Assembly (NCBI RefSeq): GCF_006345805.1
Contig: NC_043013.1
Coordinates: forward strand, 14,198,001-14,262,000
Direction of reading: 5' to 3'
From: Octopus sinensis
Taxonomy: Eukaryota
Length of the DNA stretch: 64,000 nt
Positions within the stretch are counted from its first letter, which is position 1. Every line of letters starts with the position of its first letter. A model generated the notes under the pieces. That model did not search any database, was not told the DNA's origin, and saw only the letters and a program-made list of their open reading frames with translations. Below, piece after piece: positions 25,448-40,000 of the stretch. The position numbers and the translations under genes are program-made.

Positions 25448-28400
25448 ATCTGTCCCTGTCTGTGAGCTTGTTAGTGTGGCTGGGGGTGATGGTGTCAATG
25501 ATATTGACTGGACAATTAATACCAAGCTGTTAGTGATGTGTGGTGAAGGGAGAAAGGGAGAGAGAAAAAGAGAGAAAGAAAGAGAGAGAGAAAGAGAGAT
25601 AGATAAGCAAATGAAACAGAAATACACACATTGCATATACACACACATAAACATTCACACACAGGTACTGTACATACACACTCTGTATACACACACAGCC
25701 AGATACTGCACATATACACTGTATACAGACACACATATGTACACACACACAGATATGGCACATATACATATACTACACATATACTCTCCGTACACACGCA
25801 CACACACACACACACACAGACACACACACGGCTACAAGAAATAACGTTCAGACTAGCAATAAATAAATAAATAAACCAAACAAGAGAAAAACAATTAAAG
25901 CTGGCAAGGGTCATCAACCTACTTGATCCCTAAATTCATGGCCTCCGATGTTCCAATCATGGAAATAGCCAACAGCATATTGTTACAGATTTTGGCAGCC
26001 TGAAATATTAAAGAAAAAAAAAAATGACAGCAGCTGTTTGACATAACCCCCCACAAGTCAGCCATGCCCGGACACTGAATGAGTGCGTGCAGAATGGTTT
26101 TGTCACTCTGCATGCACTTCGGCCAAACCCGTCCGACAGAACAACCGTGCCTGTAGAATTAATCTTCGAACCAGTAGCATTGGCAGGCCAAGGACATCTG
26201 AAAATTATCCATGAGAGTTCTTGACTGAAAAGTCCTCCAGAACAGACAAACCAGTTCTTTTTCATTGGTGCCCAGAGTCACCCTGAGAACATTGTTGCCC
26301 TTCCCTGCCACTAATCCTATAGGCACAAGGCCTGAAATTTTAGTGGGAGGGTTAAGTCCATTACATTTAGTGGGAGGGATAAGTCCATTACATTGACACC
26401 AATACTTGACTGGTGTCAATGTAATCTTTATGGTATCAACCCTGGGTGGATATAAGGTAAAGTCAACCATAGTGGGATTTGAACTCAAAATACTGCAAGA
26501 AATGTAGTTAAGCATTTTGTCCAACATGCTAATGATTGTGTCAGCTTTCAACCCTAATAATCATCATCATCATCATCATTTAACGTCCGCTTTCCATGCG
26601 GACGTTAAATGTTGGACGATTTCACCGAGGACTGGCGAACCAGATGGCTGCGCCAGGCTCCAGTCTAATCTGGCAGAGTTTCTACAGCTGGATGCTCTTC
26701 CTAACGCCAACCACTCCGAGAGTGTAGTGGGTGCTTTTACATGCCACCGGCACGAGGGCCAGTCTGGTGGTACCGGCAACGACCACGCTCGAAATGGTGT
26801 TTTTTACGTGCCACCTGCACAAGAGTCAGTCCAGCGGCACTGGCAACGACCTCGCTCAAATGTTTTGTTCACATGCCAGTAAGGCGATGCTGGTAATAAT
26901 AATAATAATGATGTGAGAGAGGAGATATTCTGATACATAATTACAAAGAAAGAAAGAAAGAAAGAAAGAAAGAAACCAACCTGTCCAGTGCCACTGGGAC
27001 CACAATGGATAACATTCTTTCCCATGAGGTCAAGTATTTTTTTTGACTCGGCAAAACCACTTTCAGTTCCACCAACCATAAATGTTAGGAGAGCGTCCCT
27101 GGCAGCAAGAATACCTGTTGAAAAGACAATGGAATTAGCAAAGAAATTACCATTTATTTATTGTGCTTGGAAATGGAGAGGGTTATCCTCAAACTAGAAG
27201 CATAGTCTGAATGCTTGAAATGAAGTGGACTCTACTAAAGGTATTCAAAATACTTGACGGCGATGTTAAACATATTGATGGGTTAAGTCCACCACCAGAG
27301 TAGGCCATGGTGGTATTCAAATGGGTAGTTGTGATGGGTATATTGGGCTCTGTATGTTTGTACCCCAGCATCACTTTGCAAGTCCAGGTATGGATTTTGC
27401 TATGAGGTCACAATGGGGACACTGATGATTGTGATCTTACTTGGAACTGGACAAACGTGTCTGTTGATTTCAGGATGTAATTCTTTCATTGTTCTCTTGT
27501 TCCAACTGAAGTTGTTTGGATACTTCATGACACATTTTACACCATGAAGATTGATCTAAGCAATGACTTTCCCAAGATGTCAAATTAAGCTGTAGAGACT
27601 TTAGTAATTGCTTCAGCTTGTCCCTTATTCCTAAAGATGGGTCTTCCTTTACCCTGGTATCCCTCTACTTGTTGGTATACAAAATATTTCCAGAATGCGG
27701 TTGTCTTTCATTCGAACATATCCTACTCATTTGAACTGAATTCTCAGCAGTATGCTTTTGTTATTGGAGAAACCACATTTGGCTAAGATTTTGATATTTG
27801 ATATTTTATCTTGCCATTTTATGTTGCTGATATTGTGCAGACAGCACATGTGGAAGGTTTCAAGTTTCTTTATATGTCTGTAGTAGGGAGTCTAAGCTAC
27901 TGTCCCATAAAAAATGTGCTCAAAATACAAGATTTGTATACACATATTTTAGTTTCCAGACCGACACCGTGTTCATCCCACAAATGATAGGAAAGTTTTC
28001 CAAAAGCACTTGAAGGCTTAGATATTCTAACATCGATTTTGTCATCAAGATTACTCTTAACCCTTTCGTTACCGTATTTATTTTGAGATGTTCTGTTTCT
28101 TTCAATTATTTTAAATATAACAAAGAATTTAGTAAAATAACTTAGTTATCATTAAGCTAGTGTTAGGAACATAAATTGTGACTAAGGTTTGGTGGAAGAT
28201 TTTAATTCAAAACTTATGAAAACAAGACATTTGTACTCAGAGCCAGAGCCAGTTTCAGCCGGGTTGGTAACAAAAGGGTTAAAGTTTACTGTACTTCCAA
28301 GATATTTAAATGATCTGACTCATTTGAGTGGCTTTGTTGCCAATCATCACATTTGAATCTTGAGTATGTTCTGCCCCCAGGCTTTTGTTGGAATAAACTT

Positions 28401-31400
28401 TGGTCTTCTTGATGCTGATAGTCAGTCCATATGCATGAGCTGCCACAGCAAGCCTGTTGACCATTTTCTGAATTCCCTCAAATGTATGAGAAATCAGAGT
28501 GCAATCATTAGCAAACAGTATATAGGAGTAGGAGTGACTGTGTGGAAAGTAGCTTGCTTATGAACCACATGGATCTGGGTTCAGTCCCACTGCATGGCAC
28601 CTACTAGTGTCTTCTACTGTAGCCTTGGGCCGACCAAAGCCTTGTGAGTGGATTTGGTAGACGGAAACGGAAAGAAGCCTGTCATATATATGTATATATA
28701 TGTGTATATATATGTATGTGTGTATGAAGACGTTTGTGTGTCTGTGTTTGTCCCCCCAACATTGCTTGACAACCAATGCTGGTGTGTTTACATCCCCGTA
28801 ACTTAATGGCTTGGCAAAAGAGACTGATAGAATAAGTACTGGGCTTACAAAGAATAAGTCCTGGGGTCGATTTGCTCGAAACGAGTAAAAGAGTAAGCCA
28901 CATGGAAACATTTCCTTGATCTTTTTCTTTGATCTGAAAACTTTGCCCTTTTAGGTTTAGTAGACCAACTCATGTGTGAAACTGGAATTTTACACCTTTA
29001 TGATAATCCCGAAAAGCATTATGGGGCATCATTGAAAAGAATAAGGTAAAAAAGTACAGGAGCTAAAACAACCCTGTTTGGTTCTAGTGGCATAAGAAAA
29101 TGCGTGACAACATTAACTGCTAGATATCACTGTTGCCTTCATTCCTTTGTGCAGAGATACTATTAGCCTTACCATTTCATCAGGAAGACCAACTTTTGAC
29201 AAAATTTTCCAAAGTTCCTCATAATTCACTGTATCAAAAGCCTTGGTCAAGTTGACAAAGACCATGCACAAGTCAGTATTTTGCTCATGTGTGTTTTTTT
29301 TTAAACTTGTCAAAGGGCAAAAATCCTGTCAACTGTGCCACTCCCAGCCTGAAATCCACAATGGGATTCAGGATACATGCTTATTGATGCGGTTAAGGAT
29401 CAGTCTCGCAAGAATTTTTCCAGCTATGCATAACAAACTTATTCCCTTGTGATAATCATGTACACACTTCTTCCCCTTGTTTTTGTACAAGTTTGTAATA
29501 ATAATAATAATAATGATAATAATACACTCTCGGAGTGGTTGGCGTTAGGAAGGGCATCCAGCTGTAGAAACTCTGCCAGATCAAGATTGGAGCCTGGTGC
29601 AGCCATCTGGTTTGCCAGCCCTCAGTAAAATCCTCCAACCCATGCTAGCATGGAAAGCGGATGTTAAACGATGAATAATAATAATAATAATCATTATTAT
29701 TATTATAATAATAATCATTATTATTATTATAATAATTAAATAGACTACATTACAATGTTACCTCCAGAGACTGGGGAGTCGACCATCACTCCACCCAACT
29801 CTTCTGCTTTTTCAGCCATCTCCTGAGACACAGCTGGGTCAATGGTGCTGCTGTCCATTAACAAAGTTCCTTTTTGAAATTTACTGTGGAACAAAAAAAA
29901 AAAGAAAAAAAAAAGAAAGTGACATGACTGAATACAGACATGAAAAATATTACACACACAAAGTGATGAAGTACTGAAGAATGACCTCAAGATGCTGAAT
30001 CTTTCAGGTGAGATGACAAAGGAGTGAGATACCTGGCACTTGCCATACTCAAGAAGACCAGTACTCTGCAGGAGAAGTGTTAAGACTGATCTATTGTGGG
30101 TGAAAGCACTTGAGGTGGTGTCAAGTAAAAGTGCCTGTGGTGCTGTTTAAAAATGCCCATGTGGGAGCTACATAAAGTGCCAGTGTGGGACCATGTAAAG
30201 CATCAGTGCGGTGCCATGTAGAAGTGCCTGTGCAGTGCCATGTAGAAGTGCCTGTGTGGTGCCATGTAGAAGTGCATGTGCGGTGCCATGTAAATGTGCC
30301 TGTATGGTGCCATGTAAAAACACCCAGCACACTCAGGAAAGTGGTTGGTGTTAGGAAGGGCATCCAGCTGTAGAAACTCCGCCAAATCAGATTGGAGTCT
30401 GGTGCAGCTCCCCAGCTTGTCAGCACCACCATGAGTGCTTTACACCACCAGAAGGATTGGTCGTAACACTTCTGCTGTGGAGTACTACATGCTTACTGAT
30501 ATGGTTAAGGATCATGTCAATGCCCAGGTCAAGCACTGATCCAGATTCAGGTGTTTCAATTCCTCCTGGGCCAGTGTATCCAGTCTGCATGTCGTTTAGT
30601 TTTGTATGCTGGTAGCTTAGGGTTTGGAATTTTCCTACATTAAACTGCATGTTGTTGTCCTCAGCCCACCTGTATATTGCGTCCAACTCCCATTGCAGAT
30701 GTGCAATACTTCCAGGATTTTATATTGTCTGATAGACTTTTGTGTCATCTACATAACTAGCAAGGGTGGCTATCTGAGCAGCCAAGGGCATGTCTGAGAG
30801 GGCCACTATGAACAGCAGTGACCCCAAGGTTTCACAGACCTCTATCATCTCACTTAACCCTTTCGTTACCAACCCAGTTGAAACTGGCTCTGAGTACAAA
30901 TGTTTTGTTTTCATAAGTTTTCAATTAAAATCTTCCACCAAACCTTAGTCACAATTTATGTTCCTAACACTAGCTGAATGATAACTAAGTTATTTTACTA
31001 AATTCTTTGTTATATTTAAAGTAATTGAAACAAACATAAGACATCTCAAAATAAATACAGTACTGAAAGGGTTAAAAGGTTCAGCTCTGGTCAAACTGCC
31101 AAATCATGCTAGCATGGACAAGGAACGTTAAATGATGATAATGATATACACATACACACACACATGTATATATACATATATATAAACACACACACACACA
31201 CACATAGGTATATAGGTTTGAGTATGTGTGTGTATGTTTATGGTTTGGTGTACCCTTGTTTAGACATCATGTGATGGTTGAAAATGAACATCACTGTCAT
31301 ACAAGCGAGGTTGTTTGTTTCCTCTCTTCCATGGGAAACAGGTGAGGGTTGGTGATATGAAGGGCAATTTGGCCGTAGAAAACCTGCCTCAACAAATTCC

Positions 31401-32938
31401 ATTTGATCCATGGAAGCATGGAAAGGTGGACATTATAATGATGATCAAGCACACACACACACATACACTATTAATCAGTGCATGCAAGAGAAATGGATGT
31501 AAAATGATGACAATGAGGATAGGTTATCATACCTGTAAATCCCACCAGGTCCGCAATACACAGCTTTCACATGAGGGCTGCTGGGTAACATTGTGACAAT
31601 TTTCTGTGATGATTCGGCCACTGCTGCAGGGCTGCTGGCTATTTTGGCACCTGGGGAGAGAAATTGTATAAAAGAATTTAATTGTGGTAGGGATGAGGAG
31701 TAAAAAAAAAAAACAGACTATACAGCATGGAGAAAAAAATTTGTAAAAAAAAGTGTAAAACTACTGAAAAGCATCATCATCATATATATATGCATTACTA
31801 ATAGTTTCACATACATAAGTAAGTTCATCAGGCATTGATTGAACTGTGTAGCCAAGAGGTTTACGTTTAAATAGAGGACAGGTGTGAAGCGATATGAAAG
31901 CAAAACATACTTAATGGAAGATTCTGCCAAGATGGGTGAATGAAATATAAAAAAAAAAAAATCAAAAAGAAAAAAAATTTAAATAAATAAAAATTATATA
32001 TAAAAGAATATATTAAAAGGTATATTAAAAATATAGTAAAATACGATTTAAAAAAACTCTAAATGTGCGAATGAACATGAAAAGTACGTAAACCACTTGG
32101 CTGCCCTAACCACAAAGCCATGTGCCTCCACACACTGACATTACTCATGGAAAAGTGGATGGTAAAAAATAATGAATGTGATGATGATGTGTGTGTGCGT
32201 GTGTGTATACACACTATATCGCTGGGTTTTCCCAACTTTTGTTGTATGAATGCGGAGACAATAAGGAAATGTATAAGGTGTAAAAAGAAAACCACGTAAG
32301 ATACAGAATACATTACCAGCTTCCTTCAAAGAATTACAGGCCGATTCTGAGAGATCAAATACCACAAGAGAATGTCCCTTCTTTATAAGGTTACGAGCCA
32401 TATGTGCTCCCATATTGCCAAGACCAACAAAACCAACACAACCCTGCAACAGAAATTCAAAATTGTCAGTTCACTCTTACATCATCATCATCATCACCAC
32501 CAACAACAACTTTCTGTTACAGGCAAAAGGCTTGAAATTTTGGGGGAGGGTATTAGTCAAGATTACATTGACTCCAGTACTCGACTGGTACTCATTTCAT
32601 TGACCCTGGAAGGATGAATATCAAAATCCACCAGAGCAGAATTTGAACTCAGAACATACAGATGGATGAAGTGTTGCTGAGCGTTTTGTCGGCAATGCTG
32701 ACAATTCTGTGAGCTCATCACCTTATATATTGGTTCCAAATTTTGGCACAAGGCCAGCAATTTCAGGGGAGGAGTTAAATTGATTACATTGATCCCAGTG
32801 TTCAACTGGTATTTATTTCATTGATCCTGAAAAAGGCAAAGTTGACCTCGGTAGAATTTGAACTCGGGACATAAAAACAAATGAAAAAACTGCTAAGCAT
32901 TTTGCTTGGCATGTTAATGACTCTACCAGCAAGCTGCC

Positions 32939-32981
<43 letters not shown>

Positions 32982-33581
32982 TAATAATAATAATAACAAT
33001 AATAATAATGATAATAATTGTTTAACCTCTGTTTTCCATGCTGGCATGGGTTGGACTGTTTGACAGGAACTGGCAAGACCAGGGCCTGCACCAGGTTTCA
33101 CAGTCTGCTTTAGAATGGTTTCTACAGCTAGATGCACTTCTTAATGTCAACCAATTTACAGAGTGTACTGGCAGCTTCTTTTTCATGACACCATTACCAG
33201 TGGTTTTTTTATGTGGCATGATCACCAGTGCTTTTTATGTGGCACCAGCACTAATGCCTTCTATGTGGCACCAGTACCAATACCTTTTACATAGCACCAG
33301 CACTAATGCCTTTTACGTAGCACCAGCACTAATACCTTTTACGTGGCACCAGCACCAATACCTTTTACGTGGCACCAGCACTAATGCCTTTTACGTGGCA
33401 CCAGCACTAATGCCTTTTACGTGGCACCAGCACTAATGCCTTTTATGTGGCACCAGCACTAATACCTTTTACGTGACACCAGCACTAATGCCTTTTATGT
33501 GGCACCAGCACTAATACCTTTTACGTGGCACCAGCACTAATGCCTTTTACGAGGCACCAGCAGTAATGCCTTTTATGTGGC

Positions 33582-33614
<33 letters not shown>

Positions 33615-35867
33615 TCTCTCTCTCTCTCTCTCTGCTTTTCTTTAACCTCATCATCAGAACATCACCCTCGGCTAAAATTACATTTTTAACTCTCCTCCTC
33701 TACCTTCAGCTAACTTTGTTAACCATGTAATAAATATTCTATTCCCCTCACCTCACATCATGGATGCTTCTCTCTCCCTCTTTTTCTCTCTCCTTTTTCT
33801 TTCTCCTCTCTTTCTTTTTAACTAATCATGCGAAAGCTTTACCGACAGGTTAAGTAATGCAACGACAAACAGAATTATTATAAGATGATAATAACTAATA
33901 GCTATCGTAAATATTTACTCATCTTCTGTGATGAGTGGAGAGTTGAAACACCTGGACATGAATCTAGTCATTTTCACTAACATTCCTTAAATTCCCGCCC
34001 ATCACTTTTTCCTCTTTTCACTTAGATCTCTCTCTCTCTCTCGCTCTATGTCTCTTTCTCTCACAGGACTCTTAGCTTCATGTTCTCTCATTCCCACCAT
34101 GGCCATCTTCATCTCTGTAATCATTCTCCTCCTCCTCCTCCTCCTCATCTCTCAGTATTCATTACCCTTTCTCTCTCTCCCTCTCTCTCTCTCTCCTTCC
34201 CTAACCTCCTCTCCCTGCTACTACCACTTTCTCAGCTGTTCAATGTAGTGGAAACCAACCCTACCCTACTCTAGCCCAACGCCTCCCACCCAATCACAGC
34301 TGCTGTCATCAAAAGCATCTCCAATTTGGTGTTAGCATTAACAACAGCAGCAGCGGCAGGGGTGGGTGAGGATGAAGTGTGTGTGCATGTGTGTGGGGGT
34401 GGGGGAGGGGGTGATCGGAAAGGAGAAGACACAGTACCCACTTTGGTCAGTTTGACCCACAGCCACAACATCATGCCACCCCTTAAATATCACACCCCAC
34501 CCCACAACTTGGTAACAGGTCAAACAGTGTTAAATATTCTGACATTGACGAAATTAAGGAAGAGTAGAGGTGGTGGCGGCAGTGATAGGGACCGTGGTAT
34601 AACTGATGATGATGATGATGATGATGGTAAAGGTGGCAGTGGAGTGGTAGTGATGGTAGTTGTGATGATGGTGCTTTCTGTAATGGTAGTGGTGGTTACT
34701 GAGATAATAGTGATGGACTGCATTACTGCTGCTGCTACTGATGGTGGTGATGATGATGATGATGGTGATAGGGGTGCTGGTGGCCATGGTGTTGATGATG
34801 ATAATGGTAGTGTTGATAGTGGTAGTTGTCTGTGGTGATGATGGTGGAGGAGGTGGTAGGGATAGAGAGGATGCCGGTGGTGGTGGTGGTGGTTGCAGTA
34901 ATGGTGGTGGTAGGTGTGATGATTGTAGAGTCTTGGTGGAATGGTGGCATTAATGGCGATGGAGTAACTGATGATGATGATGGTACTGGTGGTGGCAGTG
35001 AAGACAGGAGTGATGTGGTGGTAATGAAGGTAAGGATGCTGGTGACAGTGATAGAGATGTTAATAGTGATAGCGATGATGATGGTGGTGGTGATGATGAT
35101 GGTGGAATTAGCAGTGATGAACATGCTGATGGTGGTGGTGGTGGTGGTGTTGAAGGTGATGTCAGAGGTGACAAAGATGGTGATGATGGTGTAGATGGCT
35201 GCAGTGACAACAATTACAATGATGATGATGATGATGATGATGGGGATAGTGAAAGTGAAAGTGGCGGCAGTGATGATTATGATGGTGGTGGTGGTGACAA
35301 TGGTGCGGATGATGAGATGATGGTGCCAGTGGTAGTGCAGGAGGAGCAGATGGTATTTGTGGTGGTGCTGACAATTGGGGTGATACCGATGGTAGTTTGT
35401 GATGATGGTGGTAGTGGTAGTGGTCTAAGTAGCAGCAGTAAAGTGGTGATGATGATGATGATGATGATGATGATACTGAGAGGGTGATGATGGTGGTAGT
35501 GGTTGTGCAGGCAACGGCAGAGGTGGAAGTGGCGGGGGCTGATGGTAGTAATAGTCATACTGATGGTGTCAACAACACCAAATATATTAAAAAGCAACAT
35601 CTGATTTCTTTGTTTGGCATTATTTGTTGTTATTGTTAAGAGTGGGGGAGGGTGTGATGAGGAGAAAGAGGAGGATGCAGGGGGAACCGGTTGGAATCTA
35701 CACCCCCCCCCCCGCCGGCACCACATTGCCCCTTTCCATCACCCTGACAGATTCTTTTTTCAGTATGTGTATCTCTCTGCATCAGTTGACTGGGATGGGA
35801 GAGTGGGATTGGATGTAAGTGGTGTGGTTAGGTGTGTGTGTATATATATATATATATATAAAATCAT

Positions 35868-35900
<33 letters not shown>

Positions 35901-36081
35901 ATAATATACATATAGATATATAGAATATACATACATTAACATATGCATACACACATATACATATATGCATGCATACATATATATACATATAAGTATGTAT
36001 ACATATACACATACACACACACACACACATGTAAATGTACATAAATGATATAATACATGCAAAGTGTACAAGTATGTGTGT

Positions 36082-36150
<69 letters not shown>

Positions 36151-36261
36151 TGTACAGAGTGGAGGGAGTTTATATGCATGTGATTCTATATAATATATAT
36201 ATATATTTATACACACATACATATACACACGCATATGTATGTCTGTATGTATACACATATG

Positions 36262-36316
<55 letters not shown>

Positions 36317-37048
36317 AGGTATATCAGATGCAGTCATTCAGGCTTGTCTGCTGACAACCAGCTTGATGACATATGGGTACGGTGTGGTGGTGGGGAGGCA
36401 GAGGAGAGAAGGATAGAGAGAGAGAGAGAAGCAGGGTGGAGGAGGAGGAGGCCTCAATGCAGTTTTTCCTATTAAGCAAAGCAGAAAATTGTATGATTAA
36501 CAGATAGCTGTGGCCATGGCAACCAATCAACATACATAACATGTATGCATCACACACACACACACCACACAGAGTAAATACATGTACGTATAGAGACTCA
36601 CATTGGGGATGGAATGGTTGTGGTTAGTAAGTTTGTTTTGCAGCTACATAGTCCCAGGTTCAATCCCACTGCTGGGCACTTTGGTTGAAATGTCTTTCAC
36701 TATAGTTTTGTAGCGACCAAGACTGATAGAATAAGTACTAGGCTGACAAAGAATAAGTCCTAGGGTCAATTCCTGCAACTAAAACCCTTTAAGGCTTGGA
36801 TGCAGTCAAATAACTGAAACATGTAAAAGAATAGGCAATGTATATGTGTATGTACATATATGTGTATATATGCATCTATTTGTGTGTGTATCTGTGAGTC
36901 ACTATTTTAACCCCTACCACCACACCACCACCACTCCATGTCCAGACAATTAATAGTTGATTGGAAATCCTTGTGACTGTCAAATCTGACATTCTCCTTT
37001 TCCATGCTGTTCTATGCATATATTTGTGTGAGTGTGTGCACGGATGAA

Positions 37049-37079
<31 letters not shown>

Positions 37080-40000
37080 CTTTATATATAAAAGTAAGGT
37101 TGTGTGTCTGTCTACTCCGATTTAGATTCCTAACTACTCCCACATTTTGCGGTGCAGTTTAACCAAAACTGGGTATCTTATAGTCGTGATTCATATCGAG
37201 CCCTTCTGGGTATTAGTACGCATCTACGATGAATCTACGATTTTAAAAATAATTTAACCATCATTTTTTCCATTTTAATGCATATTTTTTTAAAGGGAAG
37301 TAACTCTCTAAAAAATGCTTTATAGTTATTTCCCTTACAAACCCGAGCAACGCCGGCGATACTGCTAGTATATATATATATATATATCTATATATATATA
37401 TATATGTATGTGGAGGCGCAATGGCCCAGTCGTTAGGGCAGCGGACTCGTGGTTGTAGGATCATGGTTTCGATTCTAGGACCGGGCGTTGTGAGTGTTTA
37501 TTGAGCGCAAACACCTAAAGCTCCACAAGGCTCAAGCAGGGGGTGGTGGCGATCCCTGCTGTACTTTTACACCATGACTTTCTCTCATTCTTTCTTCTGT
37601 TGGCCTGCTCGCTTAGCCAGCGGGGTGGAATCATTTGAAGGCTAAAACAATGCGAAACGCATTGTGATCAGCGATGTGTAATAACATCAGATAGCCTGGT
37701 CGGTCATGATGGTGGTGGTGGTGATATATATATATTATATATAGTTGAAATTTATAGAAAAACAAAAGATGAAGACAGGTGTATTAGTTTGATGCTCGGG
37801 AAGGTGAGGAAGTCTTTTACGTTTCGAGCCTATGCTCTTCAACAGAAAGGAACACGAGGAAATAAACAGAGAGAATAAAAAAACTTGTGGAGTTAGCAGT
37901 CAATCATGGTGACTGGTTGGACAAAGGTAGTTAGACAGGAGAGCTAGGAAGAAGGGGAGATAATAAAGTACTGGTGATCCCAAAACGAAGGTGCATGTGC
38001 GCGCATGTATATGTGGATAAGGGTTGGTGATTTTGGCATGTGGATGTGTGCGTGTATAAGTGTGTGCATGTGTGTGTGCGTCTCTAATGGCTTACTTTCT
38101 GTACATTAAAACCATAGAAGGAATGCTTACATTTTTATTTAACTCAAAGTAGGCTTTGTAATATTATAACTATTTCAGTTCTTTTTCTGATTCATACTGG
38201 GTTTACGTACGTACATATGTCTATATGGATGTATGCATGTATGTATGTATCATAATCACTTAATGTCCACTTTCCCATGCTTGCGAAACATTGCCTGTGC
38301 TCAATTAGGTACAATCAACGTGTTATAAATAGAAGAAGGATTTCCTACTTACCTTGTCGGAAGCTGAATCTGGAATAAAAAGAAGTAAAAGAGAAAGAAG
38401 AGAAATTAGTTGAAATATTCAGTAATTAGAATGTGATCAAAGGTTATGGTTAGAAGATTAACGAGGATATTTGTTGATGTTAGTGAAACAGTCTTGAGAA
38501 AAATCATAGAATCTACAGACACATTTGTTGTCGATGATATTGATTGAGCAGATCTCTAAGTTCAAAAGTGTTCTTTCCTTGATCGGACATTCCTTTTTCA
38601 TTTAACACTTTAGCATTTAAATTATTTTGTCAAATGCAATGCTAATTTATTCACATTGTTTTGAATTAATCATGCATTATCTCGTAGCTTCAGGATTTCA
38701 ATGATGCGACAGCCTATTTTCTGAATGATATTGTAGGGTAGGTGTGAGAGGCTGGATCTGGCCAGTTTGAACACAAAAGAGGTAGAATATTTGGGCCAAA
38801 TAAGGTTGATTTAAATCAGTGATTCTCAGCCTGGGACTTTATGACACCTAGGGGTCCATACAAGATTTTTTTGTTAAAGTCTATGAGCAATTTCTGTTGT
38901 GTCTGGGGAGAGTCATTTTCTTTTTGTGCCTTATAATAACACACTTACCAGTAAAATTTCCACTTTTTTCTTATTTTAATTTTCCTAAAATTTTCGTTGC
39001 GTCTTGCAACCTTTTCAATAGTCTTGAAAGAGTCAAGACTATTGAAAAGGTTGCAAGAAAATTTTAGGATAAATAAAAATAAGAAACAAGTGGAAATTTT
39101 ACTGGTAAGTGTGTTACATAATAAGGCACAAAAAGAAAATGACTCTCCCCAGACACACCAGAATATGCTTCAACACACGAACTCATATAAAGAATCTTGC
39201 AAACCAAATCCAAAAATGAGCAATAAATTGCTTATGTTTCGACAATACACCAAATATTGCAACAATTTTATTAAAACAGTTCCTAATAATATTTAATTAT
39301 AAAAATAGGATTTTTAAAACAGTGAATGGCTAGGAGTGGCCTACCTGAATAAAATAGGAATCAAAGGAGTTCATAGGCAAAAAATGGTTGAGAACCACTG
39401 GTCTAAATGCTAGGGGGTTAATGATTAAATGAGGGGTGTCAGGGCAGTGCTGCGACACAGTTCTTGACTTCTGAGATGGGTGGAAAGAAGGGAGGAAATC
39501 ACCCTCAAAGGAAGATCTAACACAAATACTTGTAATGAAGTAGATTTGACTTTATCTACTTTCCAGTCTCGAGGCCTTATTCTTTTTTGTTATTGTACTT
39601 GTTTTATTTTTCCTGTTTGTGTTCATCTATCATGTTTGCTCATTTATTTCCCAGCAGCTTACATTGCTGACATCATCAAATTGAATAATGTTATTTGAAG
39701 GTGTTGAAACTGTGATGATACTTTGTTGATAGCTGATGAGGTCTGCATCTACTGTGTAAATGATTTGTTTTTTTTCTTATCTTTCCATGTGTTCCTTCAT
39801 CATCTCACTGCACCACATTTTCATCTTATGTGGTGTGTGTGTTACTGTCTTCTTACATTGACACTGTGTGATGTCTGGTCATGGGGAAATATTGCCACAC
39901 CTGTAAACAGGTGAGGGTTGACGACAGTAAGGGCATTTGGACATAGAAAATCCATCTCAGTATTTCATTTGACTCATGCTGGCACGGAAAAGTGAATGTT

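Larger units (their letters stand above)
27640..29455 (-). mobile_element. Fragmented RTE-type LINE interrupted by a MITE and a SINE
   Basis: ORF 29113..29313 [38 protein letters not shown] (RT domain); further decayed RT sequence downstream. Confidence 0.65.

Noticed and set aside
33919-33951. Extra HIBADH exon (tccag|GTGTTTCAAC...GATGA|gtaaat)
   Set aside because: Weak splice signals; it gives a stop after the microexon and the wrong phase without it.
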